Source of the DNA: an uncultured virus (IMG/VR IMGVR_UViG_3300045016_000288)
Lineage: Duplodnaviria > Heunggongvirae > Uroviricota > Caudoviricetes
Length of the DNA: 64,000 nt
Virus record (IMG/VR): IMGVR_UViG_3300045016_000288
Direction: 5' to 3' (one strand)
This document shows positions 30,817 to 39,249 of the stretch, one piece after another. The notes under the pieces are model-generated. The model searched no databases. It was given only the letters and a program-made list of their open reading frames with translations, and had not been told where the DNA came from. Position 1 is the first letter of the stretch, and each line of letters begins with the position of its first letter. The position numbers and the translations under genes were made by a program.

Positions 30817-31001
30817 GCTTCCTCCTTATTGTTTGGTTCTGTTTTCGGTTTGCTTTCAATGTGGGCGTCCGCGAGAACCTTCTGCTGGCAAGGGTCGCAG
30901 ATGCCGTGAGTTACTACGAGTTCATCATCGTGCGTTTGCTCGGCGCGACACCACCGCAGCAGCTTGCCGCACCAAGCGCACACCGCTATCAACTTGTTCA
31001 T
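30813..31001 (-). CDS. Small Zn-finger-like protein (CAWC...HGICDPC)
   Basis: Start reassigned to MNKLIAV, downstream of ncRNA 3. Confidence 0.65.
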   Translation of the reverse strand: MNKLIAVCAWCGKLLRWCRAEQTHDDELVVTHGICDPCQQKVLADAHIESKPKTEPNNKEEA

Positions 31002-31012
31002 GCTGGGAAAAA

Positions 31013-31184
31013 GCCGCCAGGCAGCACGTAAGCATCTTTGCTCTTGGCCGAGTAAAGGGCGCAGGGCGGAGACTTGTCTCCGCACGCGCCGGCTTTACGA
31101 GGTTGCTTACTGTGTCTGTTGAGGCTTGATCTTGTCCCGGCGAAACGCACGGGTCTCTGGGCCTCCCGGCTGCTGCCTGACGGC
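31013..31184 (-). ncRNA. Retron msr-msd-like ncRNA 3
   Basis: 14-bp IR 31013-31026/31171-31184 (one GU); branch G 31170; 17-mer at 31136-31152; msd hairpin capped by GCGGAGAC-AA-GTCTCCGC. Confidence 0.8.
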
Positions 31185-31216
31185 AAATTGTTTATTGTCC
31201 GGCCTCCAGTTCCCAT

Positions 31217-31373
31217 CCGCCAAGCGGCACTTGTGCGGCGCGCGTCGCAATATGGCGGCTCCCTCTGGGGCCGCTGCTATTGCGACCGCCGCCCATTACG
31301 TGCTGATCGAAGCATGGATTATTCCCGGCGATGCGCTCGGGTCCCTTTGCTTCCTGAAGCTGCCGCTTGGCGG
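31217..31373 (-). ncRNA. Retron msr-msd-like ncRNA 4
   Basis: Perfect 13-bp IR 31217-31229/31361-31373; branch G 31360; variant hairpin CCGAGCGCATCGCCGGG; msd hairpin with GTCGCAATA/TATTGCGAC. Confidence 0.8.
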
Positions 31374-31388
31374 GGGTATTAACTGTCC

Positions 31389-33038
31389 TTAGTTCCCGGA
31401 CACTGGCCGGCCGTGGGTCTGCACCGCCACCACCGGTGCCTGGCGACGCTTGGTCGGCGATGACGCCACCCGGGCGCGGTTCTCTGCCCAACTCCTCAGA
31501 GAGGCGATTTCCGTGGCCATTGTTTTCGACAGCGGCACGGTCTCCTGCAACGCCACCACACAATCGGCTGCGGTCGGCTCGCGTTTGCCATCGTCAAAGG
31601 CGCTGAACATGGCTTCCGTGAGGGCGGCCTCGATCTCCGCGCCAGTGAACCCTTGGCTGACTTCGGCCAGCGCATCCACATCGAAGGCCTCCGGTTTGCG
31701 GCCGCGCTTGGCGATATGGATGGTCCAGATGGCCTTGCGCTCCTCGAAATCCGGCAGGTCCACAAACCAGATTTCGTCGAAGCGCCCTTTCCGCAGGAAC
31801 TCCGGCGGCAACTGCGAGATGTCGTTCGCGGTGGCAAACACGAACACCGGCTCGGTTTTGTCCTGCATCCAGGACAGGAACGTGCCGAGCACCCTGGCGC
31901 TGGTGCCGCCATCGCTCTGGTTGCTGCTGCGGCTTCCGCTGAAGCCCTTCTCGATCTCATCCACCCACACCACGCACGGCGCGACCGCGTCGGCGGTGGC
32001 GATGGCGGACCGCATGTTGGCTTCCGACTGGCCGACCAGCCCGGCGAACACCCGGCCGGCGTCCAGCTTCAGCAGCGGGACCCCGAGGATGTTGGCCGCT
32101 GCCTTGGCGGTCAGCGACTTGCCGCTGCCCGGAATCCCCACCGTCAGGCATCCTTTGACTACCGGCAGCCCGTATAGGCGGGCTTCCCGTCCAAACGACA
32201 GCCGGCGCTTGACCAGCCACCGCTTGAGGTTATCCAGCCCGCCGATGTCCTCCAGCCGCACCGGGGACTTGAGGAACTCCACAATCCCCGATTTCTTGAC
32301 CGCCAAGGCCTTCTCGTCGCCCACCATTTCCGGCGGGATGTCCTTTTTCTTCGTGGCAACCGCCACCTTGTAGAAGATGTTTTCCGCCTCAGCGGTCGTC
32401 AGGCCGCGGGCCGCATCCAGGATGGCATCGGTGTTCCCGTTCAAGGGGATGCCATTGCTTTCCGTGCAAGCCCGCAAAACCACGGCCAACTGCTCGCGGT
32501 CAGGCAGCTTGATTTCCAACACGGTGAACTCTTTCTCCAACTCCGGGCAGAGCCGGCTTTGGCAGCCGCCGAGAATCAGGTGTTTGTACTGGCTCTTGGC
32601 CGTCATCAGGGCGTCCTTGACCTTGCGAATCAGCACCGGGTGCGGGTCCGTTTGGCTGAGGAACAAGTGATAATCCTGAGCCAGTAGGACACTGTTTGAC
32701 GGCAGTTGCAACTCAAACAGGGTCAGCGCGTCCAGCGGGTCAGTTGGATTAAACTGGAACATGCACTGTGGACACTGCTTGACCTCGGCCTTGGCGTCGT
32801 GCCCGCACTTTGGACAGACCACGAACGGCGCCGGCGCCACCGCGCTTAGGGTGATGTCGCCGGTCTCCGACGTGTGTGCCTCGCTGAAGCCGCTGGTGGC
32901 CCGCCACACAAACAGCTTCCGTTTGATCTTGGCCGCGGCTTCCGCCACGATCCCCAAAACCCGGAGTTCTTCCGGGCTAACCATGCAAAGGCCGGGAAAC
33001 CCGGCCTTGAGGTACAGTAGTAGCTCGTTGTTTTCCAT
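31389..33038 (-). CDS. Ycf46-like AAA+ ATPase with Zn-ribbon insertion
   Basis: DIGGLDNLK, GIPGSGKS, WVDEIEK, LPPEFLRKGRFDEIWFVDLP; CPKC/CPQC insertion. Confidence 0.9.
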   Translation of the reverse strand: MENNELLLYLKAGFPGLCMVSPEELRVLGIVAEAAAKIKRKLFVWRATSGFSEAHTSETGDITLSAVAPAPFVVCPKCGHDAKAEVKQCPQCMFQFNPTDPLDALTLFELQLPSNSVLLAQDYHLFLSQTDPHPVLIRKVKDALMTAKSQYKHLILGGCQSRLCPELEKEFTVLEIKLPDREQLAVVLRACTESNGIPLNGNTDAILDAARGLTTAEAENIFYKVAVATKKKDIPPEMVGDEKALAVKKSGIVEFLKSPVRLEDIGGLDNLKRWLVKRRLSFGREARLYGLPVVKGCLTVGIPGSGKSLTAKAAANILGVPLLKLDAGRVFAGLVGQSEANMRSAIATADAVAPCVVWVDEIEKGFSGSRSSNQSDGGTSARVLGTFLSWMQDKTEPVFVFATANDISQLPPEFLRKGRFDEIWFVDLPDFEERKAIWTIHIAKRGRKPEAFDVDALAEVSQGFTGAEIEAALTEAMFSAFDDGKREPTAADCVVALQETVPLSKTMATEIASLRSWAENRARVASSPTKRRQAPVVAVQTHGRPVSGN

Positions 33039-33053
33039 ATATTTCCTTTCTGT

Positions 33054-33725
33054 CTAGTTCTTTGCCGCTTGGCGGCCTACGTCCCCAAGTGTTGTTAACA
33101 GTCGCACTCCATAGGACACCAGGAACGCGACCATTTGATTCTCTTGTGACTGCTCTTTCGGGCTAGCCACCACGACTAACGTGGTGCGGCCATGCCGGTT
33201 ATCGTAAACACAGTGATAGTGCCCGGATTCCTCGCCCTCCAGCTTGCCGCTCGCCTCAGAGGCCCCCGCGCCCGCCTCGATGCGGCACCCGAGGATTACG
33301 GCGATAGCTTTCGCTGCATCGCCTTTGAACAGCATCACCCGCGAGGTGATCGCGGCGTCGTTAGGAATGAGTTTGTTTATCGGCTCTCTGAGCAGCGCGG
33401 CCAACACAGCTACAGCTAGGAACCGATTCGCCTCGGGCTGTTTGTTTTGGCTCACGGTCATTACCGCCACATCCGCGGACAAGTCGTGGGCCGCCCGCAT
33501 ACAAGCGTAATGAGTGTAAACGCCTGCGGTGGGGAGGTCCACCCGGCCCTCCAAACCCCGTTTGTCCGGTGGAAACTTCATCACCGCAAAAAACTCAGTT
33601 GCTTTTGCGCCTGTGGTCAGGACCATCTCCGATTCAAAAGAGGTCTCTGTGTCAATGGCAGTTGATACTTCCATTATGTTCATTCTAGCAGCTCCTTTTG
33701 ATGGTTGTTTTCCCATGCCAGGCAC
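33054..33725 (-). CDS. Hypothetical protein (start probably ~33683)
   Basis: Long ORF within the operon. Confidence 0.5.
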   Translation of the reverse strand: MPGMGKQPSKGAARMNIMEVSTAIDTETSFESEMVLTTGAKATEFFAVMKFPPDKRGLEGRVDLPTAGVYTHYACMRAAHDLSADVAVMTVSQNKQPEANRFLAVAVLAALLREPINKLIPNDAAITSRVMLFKGDAAKAIAVILGCRIEAGAGASEASGKLEGEESGHYHCVYDNRHGRTTLVVVASPKEQSQENQMVAFLVSYGVRLLTTLGDVGRQAAKN

Positions 33726-33943
33726 GCCGTTCGCCGGCGGTGCTGGTAAAGCCGCCGTCGCTTATGCTGGCTCCAGACCTCCCATTTCTGGGTCGGTTCG
33801 TTCCAGCGAATGACGGTGGCCCGCTTGATCTTGATGGTGCCTAGTTTGGCCAGGGGGAACTCGTCGGTGTACAGGCACCGCAGGGTCCCGTTGCCCCCGA
33901 TCCTCAACACTAGCTCTCTCATAGGTTGCCTCTTGGGCTTCAA
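33680..33943 (-). CDS. Hypothetical protein of the AAA/DUF1257/DUF2997 module
   Basis: GTLRCLYTDEFPLAKLG..IKRA...W pattern, recalled as typical of this module. Confidence 0.55.
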   Translation of the reverse strand: MKPKRQPMRELVLRIGGNGTLRCLYTDEFPLAKLGTIKIKRATVIRWNEPTQKWEVWSQHKRRRLYQHRRRTACLAWENNHQKELLE

Positions 33944-34053
33944 TCCGGGTGGCGGCGCGCACTGCTTGGCGGCGGCTGTGGAACGACCAGCCCCGGCTGG
34001 TGTTCAAGTCCAGCAACCGCCAGCTTGCGGCGCCGCGCCGGATAATCATGAAT

Positions 34054-34302
34054 CTACCCGGGAAGATGTCCATGCGCACCTCCCCCTCCTCCTTGCCCGT
34101 TGCGGAGATGGACGTGGACTGGCGCCTGACGGCCCTGCCACCATTCAGCCTTGAGTTTCCGGCTGATGGGCGCGCCCAAGGCTTCCTCCAAGGCCCGGGT
34201 TGCTTCCGCGCAACCTTTACCCGTGAACCCGTGGGCCTCCACGACCACGTCGCCGTTGTCGTTGATCGTCACCACGATCCGCTCGTTTGTCTTTGTCATC
34301 AT
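34054..34302 (-). CDS. DUF2997-like protein
   Basis: INDNGDVVVEAHGFTGKGCAEATRALEEALG. Confidence 0.8.
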   Translation of the reverse strand: MMTKTNERIVVTINDNGDVVVEAHGFTGKGCAEATRALEEALGAPISRKLKAEWWQGRQAPVHVHLRNGQGGGGGAHGHLPG

Positions 34303-34676
34303 CGGAACAACTCCATCTGGATTTGGTTGTTTGCGGCGCGCTTGACTGCGCCGACCTTCCATCCATGTTGAGCGGCCACCATGGCCACGTTATGCTTGGT
34401 GTACGCCTGTAGGAGGAGCCCGCACTTCGGCCCAAGCTGCCGCTCGATGCCGCCCCCGTAGTAGTCTCCTTGCAGGGTGTAAGTGCCGTCCTTCTGGCGG
34501 CGCACGCCCACGTCATGGCGGCCCTCCAACTGGATGGTGTAAGCGCAGCCTTCAACGAAGCCTGTCCAACCCCGTGGCTTTACCTTGTCCGTGAACACGA
34601 CTCCAAGCTCGCGGCAGGCTGCCTTGAGGGCGGCCAGGTTCCGCAGCCTGGTGCGAATCTCCGTTTGATGACTCAT
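34299..34676 (-). CDS. DUF1257 (Ycf35)-like protein
   Basis: MSHQTEIRTRLRNLAALKAAC...DVG...DGTY...LLQAY. Confidence 0.8.
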   Translation of the reverse strand: MSHQTEIRTRLRNLAALKAACRELGVVFTDKVKPRGWTGFVEGCAYTIQLEGRHDVGVRRQKDGTYTLQGDYYGGGIERQLGPKCGLLLQAYTKHNVAMVAAQHGWKVGAVKRAANNQIQMELFR

Positions 34677-34698
34677 CTGCTTTCCTTTCTCTTTTGGT

Positions 34699-35625
34699 CT
34701 ATCCCGCCGCTGGCACTGGTTCACTGGCGGTTTCTTCATCGGTGTCAACGATGCGCCGGGCGTACCCGCCGTACCGCAGCATCACCCCGGTCAGGCCCTG
34801 GGCCACGTTCATGCGCTCGTGCCCATCCGAGTTCAAGACCTGTTCCGAAGTCCGCACCACAATCTCCACCACCCGCTCGGCGGCCCTCCGAAACTCCGGG
34901 TCCTCCACCGGCGACAAGTCCGGCAGGGTTTGACCCAGTTGCGCCAGCGCGTTCAGCATGTGCTGCAACCTGGTCCGCGTATAGCTTTCCCCGTCGTTTT
35001 CCAGCAGGCGTTCCGCCAGTGTTTGCACCGGCCCGACCAGCCGGGCGAAGGTGTCTTCACGGGCGCGGCGCAGGTTTTCCGCCATCTGCTGTTCGCAGGC
35101 AGCCCGGCCTTCCTCGCCCATCAGGCTAATCATTTCGTTGCTCAGCACGGGCGCGTAATCCACCGTCCACCCGTAAGCCCTGGCCACGTCCTCAACCGGC
35201 GGGTAATCCTCTTCCCGGTAGGAATCCCCGAGCTTGCTCTGGGCCAGTTCTTTGTAACCGTTCCAGCGATCCGGCAGAGCCACCAGGATTCGGCGCAACC
35301 GGTCGCGGGCGGTTTCGTGATGGGCCTCATGTTCGCTCCTGAGCGACTGTCGCATCACCCGGAAGGGATGCTGCCAGTCGAAGCTCATATTGTGCGTCTG
35401 CCGCACAAAGTTGCTCACCACCCCGTTGGCCTCGGCTAGCAGGCTCTTAAAGTTCGGCCCCATGACCTTGAAACAGTCGCTGGGAAACCGGTTCTTGTTG
35501 TAGGAGCCGGATTTGGAGGAGGCCCCTTTGTCAACCTGGATTTCTTCTGTGATTTGAGCGTCCCGAATGTACGGGTTCCACCGGTGCGGGATCACCCGCA
35601 CCTGTATTACTGCCGACAAACTCAT
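34699..35625 (-). CDS. Hypothetical protein (DUF3150-like helical protein by context)
   Basis: LGDSYREEDYPPVEDV motif; usual neighbour of this module, from memory. Confidence 0.5.
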   Translation of the reverse strand: MSLSAVIQVRVIPHRWNPYIRDAQITEEIQVDKGASSKSGSYNKNRFPSDCFKVMGPNFKSLLAEANGVVSNFVRQTHNMSFDWQHPFRVMRQSLRSEHEAHHETARDRLRRILVALPDRWNGYKELAQSKLGDSYREEDYPPVEDVARAYGWTVDYAPVLSNEMISLMGEEGRAACEQQMAENLRRAREDTFARLVGPVQTLAERLLENDGESYTRTRLQHMLNALAQLGQTLPDLSPVEDPEFRRAAERVVEIVVRTSEQVLNSDGHERMNVAQGLTGVMLRYGGYARRIVDTDEETASEPVPAAG

Positions 35626-36358
35626 GCTGCCACTGCCTTTCTTTTTGCGACCTGGACAAGACCAGCCCCGCCGGCGGGTTCCATGTCCGCCTGGCGAGGC
35701 TGGCGTGTTCCTATCACGTCGCTTTTGTCGGTTCCCAAGTTAGGAGTTGCCCAGCCGTCGGAAACCGGCAAGCGCCGGCTGGGAAATTAGAGGGCGTCGG
35801 CCCGGGTTGGCGTCGGCATGATGCTTTGCAGGAGTGATTTCGGTCTGCCGACTAGGTCCCCGGCTGGCGCCCGGAAGGCCGGATTGGTTGGTTTGCCGTG
35901 GCGGCGGACCGGCCGAACTCGCCGCCGCGGCTTGAAGCTATTCCTTTGCCCCGTTTGCGCCCGCGCCTTCATTGGTTGCCACCAACCATAGCATAAGCAG
36001 CGCGGCGATGCACCACCAAAGCACGGCTGAGGTCATTTCCTTGAGCTGGTTCTTTCCAGCTTGTCCATGACAATCTCCTGGAGCGCCGTGGTGATGTCGT
36101 CCAGCAGGTTCTCCGCGTCCAGGGCGGACATCACCCTTTTAGGGGTGGCCCATCCTGTCCGGCGCCACAGCAGCGGCTGGGAATTAGGCAAGCGCCTCAA
36201 TTTCCGCGCCAGCCGCCGGGGGCTTGGCCGCGCCAGCCGCGCCAAGCTGAGCAATAGATCGAACTCCACCACCATTCTCCTGCGGCACCACCGCGTCAAC
36301 TGGCCATAGCAGAAGTCATTCAACCCCCGCCAGTACTGCTCCATATCCGTTCCTTTCC

Positions 36359-36808
36359 TCATGTTTCCTCTCCTTTCTTGGGTGTTTCTGCTCGATAGTC
36401 CCACACCCTTGTGCGCGGCGTGAACGAGTCCGCAAACAAGGTCCCGGTCGGCCAACTCGTAACGCGCATCAACCCAACCAAATCCCCGATTGGGAGGGAC
36501 CAAAAGGCCCACTGCATCGCCTTGGTCTCCGTCTGCCACCTGATGAGCCTGGCGCGGTCGGGCACACGGGCGTTGACCGCGTCACCCATCCATATTTCAA
36601 CCCAGGCGTCCTCCTTGCTCCTCACCTCCTCCTCCGCGAAAACGTGAGCGGCACGGAGGTCGGGAAACACCATAACTGGCGTGTCATTATATCCGGTGGT
36701 TGGCTCGCCCGCTTTATATTCGCAGCGCCACTCGTTTTCGGCCCGTGCCGAAAACAGGCGGCCATCATCATCCCTTGCCATCACCTTGTACACTTCCGCA
36801 TCTTTCAT
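36359..36808 (-). CDS. WPxGT paralogue family member 1
   Basis: YKV...TPVMVF...EIWMG...FW...WPTGT...FTP. Confidence 0.75.
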   Translation of the reverse strand: MKDAEVYKVMARDDDGRLFSARAENEWRCEYKAGEPTTGYNDTPVMVFPDLRAAHVFAEEEVRSKEDAWVEIWMGDAVNARVPDRARLIRWQTETKAMQWAFWSLPIGDLVGLMRVTSWPTGTLFADSFTPRTRVWDYRAETPKKGEET

Positions 36809-37005
36809 ATTCCATCATCGCATGGTTCCCACATCGCGCCGTCCATGTCTTCGCGGCTATAAACACTGTCGCATTCACAGCATTCCCAGTGGGCGCTTTC
36901 ACCCCGTGTTTCTGGCCAGTAGTGTAACCGGCTTCGTATTCCCTCCTTGGCGCACTCAGGACATTGCCTGCGCCGCAAGAGGGTGTGTTCTTGTTGCTTG
37001 GTCAT
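36805..37005 (-). CDS. Small Zn-ribbon protein (CPEC...CCEC)
   Basis: Start reassigned to MTKQQEH. Confidence 0.55.
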   Translation of the reverse strand: MTKQQEHTLLRRRQCPECAKEGIRSRLHYWPETRGESAHWECCECDSVYSREDMDGAMWEPCDDGI

Positions 37006-37010
37006 AGTCT

Positions 37011-37415
37011 CTATTCCACTTTGATCAGTTTCGTTGGCCGGAACGAGTCGGCTATGAAGGTTCCTGTTGGCCAACTGACAGGCGGCCGCAACAGGTACCT
37101 GCTTTCCCTCACGTATTTCCAGAACCACAGCACGTCAGCCTCCTCTCCCTCGTACTGCGGGGCATCCCGCACCAGTTTTGGCGGCAGGCGGACGCCCGTG
37201 GCGACGCCTTCCCACAGTTCTACCAATGAGTTTGTGAGCGCGAGGCTCAACGCGCACCACACGTTTCTGTAGATGAACACTGGCGTCCCTTTAAGGCCAG
37301 TTGTGGTTTCTCCCCTCCTATAGGCCAGTTGGAATACCCCCCTCACTGACAGCGAGTAGAGACCTCCCCGGTAGCGCCGTAACAACTTGAACGCCTTTCT
37401 CTCTCCCTTTTTCAT
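37011..37415 (-). CDS. WPxGT paralogue family member 2
   Basis: FKL...GTPVFIY...ELWEG...FW...WPTGT...FRP. Confidence 0.75.
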   Translation of the reverse strand: MKKGERKAFKLLRRYRGGLYSLSVRGVFQLAYRRGETTTGLKGTPVFIYRNVWCALSLALTNSLVELWEGVATGVRLPPKLVRDAPQYEGEEADVLWFWKYVRESRYLLRPPVSWPTGTFIADSFRPTKLIKVE

Positions 37416-37426
37416 ATCTACCTCCT

Positions 37427-37744
37427 TTAGTCGCCCAGCACCCTATTCCACAGCTCCTCTTCCGCCATCTCCACCTGCCAGTCCTCCAACGTGGCGAGTC
37501 TCGCAGGTTCGGCGGGGCGGCCTGACGCTCGGTATCGTTCCAGTTGGTCGTCCGCCATTCTAGCCGGAACCAACACCAACCACGCGGGAACAGCTTCTGC
37601 GCCCTCGAAACAGTGATAGGACTCCATCACGCGGATACTCCCCGCGTGATCCAGTTCCATCGCTGCCGTTGTCCAGCAGGGGATATACTCCACTGCTGGC
37701 TTGAAGAACCCGATTCGCACCGGGCAGTCTGTTGTTGCTTTCAT
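37427..37744 (-). CDS. Hypothetical protein
   Basis: 105-aa ORF in the operon. Confidence 0.5.
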   Translation of the reverse strand: MKATTDCPVRIGFFKPAVEYIPCWTTAAMELDHAGSIRVMESYHCFEGAEAVPAWLVLVPARMADDQLERYRASGRPAEPARLATLEDWQVEMAEEELWNRVLGD

Positions 37745-37750
37745 TTCTAG

Positions 37751-38143
37751 TTAAGCGACCCTCCGGCGAGGCCTAAACGTATCCGCCCACAGTGTGCCAT
37801 GGGGCCAGCGATAATAGCCTTTGCGTTCGGCGCGCACCGCCTTCTTCCAATATCTAGCCTGCTCTCGCGGCGATGCAAAGCGAAAATCCAGCATCGCCAG
37901 CCTGTCTGGCAAGCGGACATTGGTAGCGTTCCCCTCCCAGATTTCGATCTCTTCCGCCATTGGCTGACACAAGCGAAATTTTTCGGCTTGCTCGCGTTCC
38001 CCGAACACCATTACCGGAGTTTTGCGCCACCCATGGGTGGATTTGCCCGGCTCATACCTCCGGATCCAATGGCGCACGGTTGTGACCGATCTCAATCCCT
38101 TCTTGCTATCACGCTTTAATACTTTATATATCGCGGCTTTCAT
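37751..38143 (-). CDS. WPxGT paralogue family member 3
   Basis: YKV...TPVMVF...EIWEG...YW...WPHGT...FRP. Confidence 0.75.
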   Translation of the reverse strand: MKAAIYKVLKRDSKKGLRSVTTVRHWIRRYEPGKSTHGWRKTPVMVFGEREQAEKFRLCQPMAEEIEIWEGNATNVRLPDRLAMLDFRFASPREQARYWKKAVRAERKGYYRWPHGTLWADTFRPRRRVA

Positions 38144-38571
38144 TGGTTATCCTGTTGACCCCAACCGTCCCACACTTTCTCTCGTGGGGTAAACCCCAAC
38201 ACTGCTAACGTGCCCGGGGGCCAGTCGGCCACCAGAGATGGCGTCGTATCCTGAACCGATGACGACCTGACGCGCCTCCAATATGCGCTGTATTCCTCTG
38301 GATTGGAGAGACAGTCGGGCTGACCCAGCTCCCTCGCCAGAAGCGGAGCAACGACATCGCGTGCTTCTCCGCTCCAAATTTCGCAGCAGGGGTTGCCCGC
38401 TATCGCAATGAAGTCGCACGCCCTCTGCAAGGTGTCAAAGACGAGTACCGGCGTCCCTTCCCAGCCAGTGGTTTCCTGGTCCTTAACATACTCGCGTTCC
38501 ATCTTGCCCTGAGCGACATACGACCAAAGGCGGTCGTACCCGCGGTGCATGACTTTGAATGCTTCAATCAT
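38140..38571 (-). CDS. WPxGT paralogue family member 4
   Basis: FKV...GTPVLVF...EIWSG...YW...WPPGT...FTP. Confidence 0.75.
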   Translation of the reverse strand: MIEAFKVMHRGYDRLWSYVAQGKMEREYVKDQETTGWEGTPVLVFDTLQRACDFIAIAGNPCCEIWSGEARDVVAPLLARELGQPDCLSNPEEYSAYWRRVRSSSVQDTTPSLVADWPPGTLAVLGFTPREKVWDGWGQQDNQ

Positions 38572-38987
38572 TGGTTATCCTTTCGTTTTCTTGCGTGCCA
38601 CACCCTTTTGCGCGGCGTAAACCCTTTAACGGCCAGCGTGCCGGCCGGCCACTTCTGTAGGCAGACGCTTGCTATGTTATCTACAGGTTTGTTCCAGTAC
38701 CGTTGATATGCCCCGCAGTCACTGACCACATTCGGCGGCCCAAGGTGTCCTCTCGGCAGCGTCACCACTTCGCGCGCGTCGCCTTCCCAGATTTCACACC
38801 GTTCATTCGGATATTCCTCAGCAAACAGCCGACCGTGGGCCAGTGTATCAAACACCAAACAGGGTGTTCCTGACCACCCCATTGTTTCCCGGTTCCGAAA
38901 GAACTCACGTTGCATGTCACCTGTGGCCATATATGACCAGAGTCGTCCGCCAAGGTCACGATATAGGACTTTGAATGCTTTAGTCAT
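38568..38987 (-). CDS. WPxGT paralogue family member 5
   Basis: Start MTKAFKV; GTPCLVF...EIWEG...YW...WPAGT...FTP. Confidence 0.75.
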   Translation of the reverse strand: MTKAFKVLYRDLGGRLWSYMATGDMQREFFRNRETMGWSGTPCLVFDTLAHGRLFAEEYPNERCEIWEGDAREVVTLPRGHLGPPNVVSDCGAYQRYWNKPVDNIASVCLQKWPAGTLAVKGFTPRKRVWHARKRKDNQ

Positions 38988-39237
38988 CGGTCCTCCTTTC
39001 CGTTGTTGTTGGTTTCCGGCTACAGCACTCGTGGCAAAGCACGCTGATAACCCGCTCTGGTCGGATAACCGCGTCGCCTTGCTCAAGCTGCTCCAATTTC
39101 TTCCCATCAATGAACCACGCGCCGCATTGAACGCACACTGCCAGCGAGCAGCGTCTGCCCGTCGTGGCTATTGCGTAAACACAAACAGCGATGAACATCA
39201 ACGCTGCCCATCCTGCTAGGAATATCAGTAGGCTCAT
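38980..39237 (-). CDS. Membrane-anchored Zn-finger-like protein
   Basis: N-terminal TM helix; CVQC...CHEC. Confidence 0.55.
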   Translation of the reverse strand: MSLLIFLAGWAALMFIAVCVYAIATTGRRCSLAVCVQCGAWFIDGKKLEQLEQGDAVIRPERVISVLCHECCSRKPTTTERRTDD

Positions 39238-39249
39238 TCTGGTTCTCCT

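Noticed and set aside
28723..31340. Repeated 17-mer as a CRISPR repeat or simple operator
   Set aside because: Spacing is irregular (about 0.2-1.4 kb), there is no cas operon, and each copy sits in a larger covarying RNA fold.
29507..33739. Repeated cgccgttcgccggcg at about 29507 and 33725
   Set aside because: Both copies encode RRRTA within minus-strand ORFs; likely coincidence in GC-rich coding DNA.
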